Source: a virus. Taken from it: a stretch of DNA of 64,000 nt. The translations under genes were made by a program, and so were the position numbers. This document shows, piece by piece, positions 58,492 through 64,000 of this stretch (position 1 is the first letter of the stretch; each line of letters begins with the position of its first letter). The stretch is taken from positions 67,685 through 131,684 of IMG/VR virus record IMGVR_UViG_3300035180_002250. The stretch is one strand, 5' to 3'. The notes under the pieces were generated by a model, which did not search any database, had not been told where the DNA came from, and saw nothing but the letters and a program-made list of their open reading frames with translations.

Positions 58492-58935
58492 CTAAATTTT
58501 AATTGAATCTTTCTTCCCCTCTACATCTGACATAGATTTATTAATATTTGCAAGTTCCCGCAATGTTGATAAATCGTAACCTAGGTCATGAAACTTCCTG
58601 ACCATAGTTTTAGTGATATTATAATTATCTGTTAATTTTGGAGCAACGCTATTTAAAATATCTGTATATTTATTAATATCTCCTTCTGGAATATCATCAA
58701 GATCAGAATCCTGTTTTAATTTATCAAATACATACTTGTCTTTAAAATAATTTTTTACACCTTTATGGGCAGCCCCTAAACCTTTTATACCACCGTACGC
58801 CATCACCCCTACTGCAGCTTTACCTAGCGCTTTATGTATACCTTTTTTAAAATCAGTATTATCTTTAATCTTTTTTACAGAGTCTAATATATCTCGTAAA
58901 TCTGCATATTTATTAAAAGTAGTTTTACTGTGCAT
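58492..58935 (-). CDS. Hypothetical (putative internal head) protein
   Basis: Basic, with a Gly/Ala amphipathic segment. Confidence 0.55.
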   Translation of the reverse strand: MHSKTTFNKYADLRDILDSVKKIKDNTDFKKGIHKALGKAAVGVMAYGGIKGLGAAHKGVKNYFKDKYVFDKLKQDSDLDDIPEGDINKYTDILNSVAPKLTDNYNITKTMVRKFHDLGYDLSTLRELANINKSMSDVEGKKDSIKI

Positions 58936-58952
58936 GATAGAACCTTTCCTAA

Positions 58953-59381
58953 TTAAATTATAGTGGTGGGTCTATTTTTAAGATCGTCCTCAAGTTGCTT
59001 GTCAGCTCCAACATTATACTGTAGACTACCTAATGGTGACCGCGTTGTGACATTGTAAGACGGATCAATATGGTACAAAGAAGGTTTAAATACATTTGCA
59101 AACTGTTTACCACCCATGGCTGTACCTACTGCTAAAGGAATTGATAAATGCGGATTATTATACATCCACTTTCCTATATTCGTAATCCCCTTAACACCAG
59201 TAGGTATTACTTTTTTAAAAAATCCTGGGGGTCGTACCTTGGTAAAAACTTTTCCTACACCAGTAGCAGCACGGTAAATATTTTTGAACAATGTATTCAT
59301 ATACTCATCAGAGTAACCTGAAGTTTTTTCCAAAGCATATTTACCATTAACAAACATATTTCCACTACGTGTAATAGGCAT
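58953..59381 (-). CDS. Hypothetical (putative internal head) protein
   Basis: EKTS motif; amphipathic segment. Confidence 0.55.
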   Translation of the reverse strand: MPITRSGNMFVNGKYALEKTSGYSDEYMNTLFKNIYRAATGVGKVFTKVRPPGFFKKVIPTGVKGITNIGKWMYNNPHLSIPLAVGTAMGGKQFANVFKPSLYHIDPSYNVTTRSPLGSLQYNVGADKQLEDDLKNRPTTII

Positions 59382-59395
59382 TCTTATAGGTCCAG

Positions 59396-60244
59396 TTAAT
59401 TTTTAAATTGTGTGAAAAATGTATTAATCGTAGTATTTATCGTTTCCAACTCACTGGATATATGTTTAATACTTTCTGCAGTTTTCAGTATATTATTGAA
59501 CTCTTTTGCTATCTTAGTTCTATCATTAATAACAATATCATTCTCATCCAAACTATATTTATCACATTCCAATGCTGTTGCTAATTTCTCCAAAATAGGT
59601 TTTACAGGGTAATTCGTATCCTTATATAGCACATACATATTGCTGGCAAACTTGGTGAAAGGTTCAGCATCTTGGTTACTTAATTCAGATAAAACAAAAT
59701 CAATGGAATCTTGTGCCGACTTTTCCATTGAAGTTTTATTAAAAGACAATTCATTCTTCCGTTTTACCATTGTAAAATAATGTTTAAGCTTTGCATTATT
59801 TTCCCTATCAGTTTTCGGAATATTTTCTTCAGCAGTTTTTTCCAGAATATGTTTATCAAGTAAAGATTTCAGATCGTAAGTCTTTGCATTTGTATCTGGT
59901 AAACTATATCTATTTGTACTCCATGTAGTAGTTGATGTAACTTCAGATGCTGTTTTAACTTGCTCCTGACACTCAGCATCAACAGCATGTGTTTTCTGTA
60001 AAACATCCGGTACTGACGCCAGATCAAATTCAACTTTCTTGTCATTGGATGTTTTCAACATTGAAATAACGCTTTCCGTGTTGACACGTTCCACCAACCG
60101 TTTAACTTCATTAGGATTAAGCATCTCCTTGGCAGCTACCTCGGCTGTAAGATCGTTCAACGAAGCGCCAGTTTTAAAAAACTTTGTAACCACATCAGAC
60201 GCCAGATTCCCGAAGTCAATATTAGTTACTGGTACAAATGTCAT
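59396..60244 (-). CDS. Hypothetical head-associated protein
   Basis: LNPNEVKRLVERVN; multiple KTA/KSA/KFA motifs. Confidence 0.6.
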   Translation of the reverse strand: MTFVPVTNIDFGNLASDVVTKFFKTGASLNDLTAEVAAKEMLNPNEVKRLVERVNTESVISMLKTSNDKKVEFDLASVPDVLQKTHAVDAECQEQVKTASEVTSTTTWSTNRYSLPDTNAKTYDLKSLLDKHILEKTAEENIPKTDRENNAKLKHYFTMVKRKNELSFNKTSMEKSAQDSIDFVLSELSNQDAEPFTKFASNMYVLYKDTNYPVKPILEKLATALECDKYSLDENDIVINDRTKIAKEFNNILKTAESIKHISSELETINTTINTFFTQFKN

Positions 60245-60455
60245 TTTATTTCAATTCCTTATTTTTACTTGGGTCTAACTTCTTATGCTCAGTGTTAATT
60301 ACGTTCTTATTTACTTTACTTTTTTTTGACTTCTTTTTGTTTTTATTTGCATCATCTACAAAAATAGTTTCCGAAGTGTCATCAGAATCCTCAAATGTGT
60401 AACCATATTTAATCATTTTTATATAATACCCAGTTCAGGTATATAGTTTTTCTAA

Positions 60456-61187
60456 CTAAATAAGTTCATCTTTTGATAAACTATCGATGAACGTCGTTGG
60501 GCTATCTACATTTTTCTTAGTTATAACTTTATAAAAAGTTTCATTTACAGAATCATCTTCACCATTCTTCTGCATAGAATCATAAACTTTTATCATCAGT
60601 TTACCAAGTTCCACTGCGCTTTTACTTGCTTGGGACGATACAGAATTAAAATTAAGCTCCATTGCTTTATATGCACTGGTTAAAAATAACTTCTTCAGCA
60701 GTGCTTTTTGTTCTTCATCAGTTGGAATAACTTTACCATAGGTAAAATATATAAATTCCGGTCCCAAGGATAATGCTCTTGTTTTAAGCTCTTTACCAAA
60801 GGAAGACCGGCTTGTTTCAATGTAGCTTAACTTATCCAAATACGTTTTAAACTTGGTTGTATCAAAAAATACACCTCTAAAAGATTCCAAGGATACTTCT
60901 GATATTCCAAATATTTTATATACATCGTCAGGATTTGCGTCTGACAGTAATAAAGCTTCAACAATTTCTTTTTTAAATTTATCTTTATTTATTGAAAACG
61001 CATAATCCTTATCAGGGTTTTTTGTTGTACCTGTAATTAAAAATTGAGTATACTCCTTCATGCACCATGTAAAAGATTCAGGGAAAATAATAACATCTGC
61101 CAGTTCCTTACCGCTGTTAAACTCAGTAACCAGTATGTCATTATTCTCTTTAACAAATTTCTCTACCTGTACCTTTTTCCAGTCCAT
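60456..61187 (-). CDS. Hypothetical protein
   Basis: 243-aa ORF in operon. Confidence 0.6.
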   Translation of the reverse strand: MDWKKVQVEKFVKENNDILVTEFNSGKELADVIIFPESFTWCMKEYTQFLITGTTKNPDKDYAFSINKDKFKKEIVEALLLSDANPDDVYKIFGISEVSLESFRGVFFDTTKFKTYLDKLSYIETSRSSFGKELKTRALSLGPEFIYFTYGKVIPTDEEQKALLKKLFLTSAYKAMELNFNSVSSQASKSAVELGKLMIKVYDSMQKNGEDDSVNETFYKVITKKNVDSPTTFIDSLSKDELI

Positions 61188-61196
61188 TATATTCCA

Positions 61197-63443
61197 CTAT
61201 TTGTCACTACTTTGACTTTGCTGATCGATATAATCATGTAACTTGGATACGATACTACCCATATCCTCAAATAAAGTTTTAATATCATTGATAAATTTAG
61301 TATACTCTTCTTCAGTATACGTCTTTATGAATTCTTTTTTCTTTATTTGTAATAACAGTAACGTCCTCCCAAGTTCAGATACCGTATCTTCAAACAAATG
61401 TGTAGAGTCTACTAATACTTTTATAATATCTCTATTATTTGCAATCGACGCCAAAAAGGATAAATCAAGTAAATTCTTATCCCCTATATCAACCGCCTTT
61501 TTAATAATATCCTTATTTATCTCAACTAATTTTTCTACGGAATCTTCATTGTCTATGATAGTATTTACTTTATTCTTTGTACCTACAGCATCTGCATGTT
61601 TAACCATGTTATCTATATTACCCATGTTAAACACATAAAACATTTTATTCTTGTACCCATGCCTATCACCTTCTATCAACTGCTCCATACCTACTTTTGT
61701 TAATTGGTATTCTTCACTTAAATAATTTACCACCTCAGGTAAATCATTAAAATAGTAATCCTTATCTGCAGTTCTATCAATCAACTTATAACTGGATGCT
61801 ATTTTCTCCAAACGCACTTTTCTTCCTACAGACTTTAAAATCTTGAAGAGTGTTGTCAAAGACGTTATCGGAGTGAGGTCATTTACCATATTATTATTAT
61901 GTACAGCTATTAAAATGTAGCTATCCATTGGGTAAATGGAAGTTACACTTTCAGCATCCGGCTGTATACTAATAGTATCAAGTAGGTCAGTAAACTGAAG
62001 TACATGCTCCTGGCACCCACACCCACTTACACTAATCTGTACATCACTATTAATCCCAGTAACACTTATGAAGTCTCTATCACTATCTTCTATAATAGCT
62101 GACGTGACATCTACAATTTTATAATTTCGCAAACTATTTTTATACCCAACAAATAGCTGAATATACCTTTTCAAATTACTTCGATGCCCATTTTCGGTAT
62201 CTTTTTTATTTTCAAATATACCATGTATAATCCTTCTTAAAATATCATGGTCATTTTTTATTGTGGCTATGCTAATAGCACCAATCTTTGTCAAATCCAA
62301 AGATGTGATACTCGGATTAAAATCTGCTACAACTAATTTCTGCAGCGCAGAACAGTTTTTTACATACATGAAATTCTTAGTATTAAACTGCTCTTTCGAA
62401 TTGTACCCACTACGCTCAGAATCCCAAAATATATTTGCACCGTTAATAATAACTGGTTGTAGTGTAACACCATTAAACCCAGTGCTTAGAATATACCCTG
62501 TTCCTGATTCTACCACTCTGTTTTTACTACCATTAGCACATGGTGATACATCACCATAAACTGAGTTCAACTCCACTTCGGACAAGTTTAACCCAGTAAC
62601 ACCATGGAACAGCAAGTCTTCTTCCGAAAACACACTTGCTTTGTTTTTACTAGGTATTGTCTCGTCAATAATCTTGTATCCCTTAACTGCTACCTCCTCT
62701 TTCAAATCTTCATCTGCATCATCAGCAGTTTTAACATAGTCCCTGTAGTTCAGAATCGTTACCACCTGTACTTTATTGTCCTTTGGTTTAAGAACCTTAG
62801 GTGCCTCGGCAATACAAGCCAATTTCTCTGTTAACGCCTCAATTGGGTAAAACGCTGCAATTTTATTTAAAAGAGTGTTATCATTCAGTATAGCATTTGC
62901 CAAAGCAGTCTTCACATTGTTTGGAAGTTCTGACACCACTTCTCCTGGTGAGGCGGCAGCAAACACTGGGCGTGAAGATATTGGTGGGCGGAACATATTG
63001 CGAAACAACTCTGGAGAATTGTCTGGAATTACCTTCTTCGTAGTTGTATCATGCTTCAGTGAGTTCTGCTGTTGTACTTTTTTAACAAACTCGGTTGTGA
63101 TAGGTGATAACTCATTTGTATCCTTGTTGTATACTATACCTGTAATAAATAAATCTCCATCATTGTAAATCACTGGCAAATAGCGTACTTCATCACCATA
63201 ATTAATGATGAACGCTCCAATACCAAATTTATCCTTTACACTGGTAGTACTTGGCTCGGTTACAAATGACACCACATACTGTAACAACTTTGGGTAATTT
63301 GCTTTCAGTTCTTTATAGGCTTCTTGCCCGAACTTTTGCCTAAAGATGTTCTCAGCATCTGTAAACCGACTTCCAATACCACTTTCGTTTGTAACTGGTT
63401 GATCCACGTTTTGGTACTGAGCTACAGTAGGTGATATCGCCAT
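61197..63443 (-). CDS. Large hypothetical head-associated protein
   Basis: Start moved to ATG 63443 (AGGA RBS); KIAA, KTAD, KIAS motifs. Confidence 0.6.
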   Translation of the reverse strand: MAISPTVAQYQNVDQPVTNESGIGSRFTDAENIFRQKFGQEAYKELKANYPKLLQYVVSFVTEPSTTSVKDKFGIGAFIINYGDEVRYLPVIYNDGDLFITGIVYNKDTNELSPITTEFVKKVQQQNSLKHDTTTKKVIPDNSPELFRNMFRPPISSRPVFAAASPGEVVSELPNNVKTALANAILNDNTLLNKIAAFYPIEALTEKLACIAEAPKVLKPKDNKVQVVTILNYRDYVKTADDADEDLKEEVAVKGYKIIDETIPSKNKASVFSEEDLLFHGVTGLNLSEVELNSVYGDVSPCANGSKNRVVESGTGYILSTGFNGVTLQPVIINGANIFWDSERSGYNSKEQFNTKNFMYVKNCSALQKLVVADFNPSITSLDLTKIGAISIATIKNDHDILRRIIHGIFENKKDTENGHRSNLKRYIQLFVGYKNSLRNYKIVDVTSAIIEDSDRDFISVTGINSDVQISVSGCGCQEHVLQFTDLLDTISIQPDAESVTSIYPMDSYILIAVHNNNMVNDLTPITSLTTLFKILKSVGRKVRLEKIASSYKLIDRTADKDYYFNDLPEVVNYLSEEYQLTKVGMEQLIEGDRHGYKNKMFYVFNMGNIDNMVKHADAVGTKNKVNTIIDNEDSVEKLVEINKDIIKKAVDIGDKNLLDLSFLASIANNRDIIKVLVDSTHLFEDTVSELGRTLLLLQIKKKEFIKTYTEEEYTKFINDIKTLFEDMGSIVSKLHDYIDQQSQSSDK

Positions 63444-63465
63444 ATTAAATTTTCCTATCGACACT

Positions 63466-63514
63466 TTGGCACTAACCACGGCCACGGCTAACGCCGGTGA
63501 GATTCTCAGACAAC
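63466..63514 (-). mobile_element. Degenerate IS605 right-end remnant
   Basis: TTGGCACT..CACGGCTAACGCCGGTGAGATTCTCAG matches the other right ends. Confidence 0.6.
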
Positions 63515-63584
63515 TTTTTGGTAACTGCCCCTGAATTACATAAAAAATTAGGGAGCAGTTACCTTTATTTCAATACTATATTAA

Positions 63585-64000
63585 TTACTCTGCAGCTTCT
63601 TCCTGCTTCTTGGGCCTGAACTTGTTATACAACGCCTTACCACCTTTAACCCCACCATAACCCAGTGCAGCTAGACTAGCTGCGCCTACGCCAGCCGTCG
63701 TCTTTGGGTGATCCCACATCTTATCCAGTAAGTTAAGTAGTTTTTTTGAATTCCAATCTGTATTCCTTATACCTGCACCCACTACTCGTCTTACAGAGTC
63801 ATCAACACTAAAATGCCTTACTGCATCCAACAAGTTACTTAACTTATCCCGATTCCTATACCCACCATACCCAGCAGCAAGCACACCAAGCCCACTAGCC
63901 CCACCGAGCACCTTCCCCTTATGTTCTTTTAGCTTTTCCATGGATTTACCAATACCACCACTAACCTTCCCCTTATATTCTTTCATCTTCTCCATGGATT
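63585..64000 (-). CDS. Probably partial Lys/Gly-rich repeat protein (start likely outside window)
   Basis: 18-aa repeats (MEKMKEYKGKVSGGIGKS / MEKLKEHKGKVLGG) and Gly/Ala hydrophobic segments. Confidence 0.55.
   Translation of the reverse strand, partial: SMEKMKEYKGKVSGGIGKSMEKLKEHKGKVLGGASGLGVLAAGYGGYRNRDKLSNLLDAVRHFSVDDSVRRVVGAGIRNTDWNSKKLLNLLDKMWDHPKTTAGVGAASLAALGYGGVKGGKALYNKFRPKKQEEAAE

Overview
This is a 64 kb AT-rich segment of a large myovirus-like (probably jumbo) phage genome. 1-17.3 kb is a replication/early module: SNF2 helicase, lytic transglycosylase, two Cas4-like PD-(D/E)XK nucleases, a sigma70-like factor, an SSB-like protein, HU, tRNA-Ile(UAU), DHH phosphoesterase, primase-helicase and a family A DNA polymerase with an N-terminal UDG-like domain. 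25.5-64 kb is a mostly minus-strand morphogenesis module: tail fibre, baseplate, tape measure, G/GT frameshift chaperone, tube, sheath, neck, capsid and prohead protease. Two IS200/IS605 tnpB elements and four omegaRNA-only derivatives are scattered through the window. The most notable region is 17.3-24.4 kb. It holds an array of about five structured non-coding units, each closed by an inverted repeat and carrying a covarying 7-bp triloop hairpin; four also carry a variable long hairpin, which in units 1 and 2 folds better as the reverse complement. An Hfq/Sm-like gene is embedded in the array. About 4 kb away, behind the same TGTTATAAG promoter motif, lie an unknown partner gene and a retron-like reverse transcriptase with a non-canonical FSDN catalytic motif. 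I infer a phage-encoded multi-template (arrayed) retron-like system. All calls are manual motif reading; no database searches were run.
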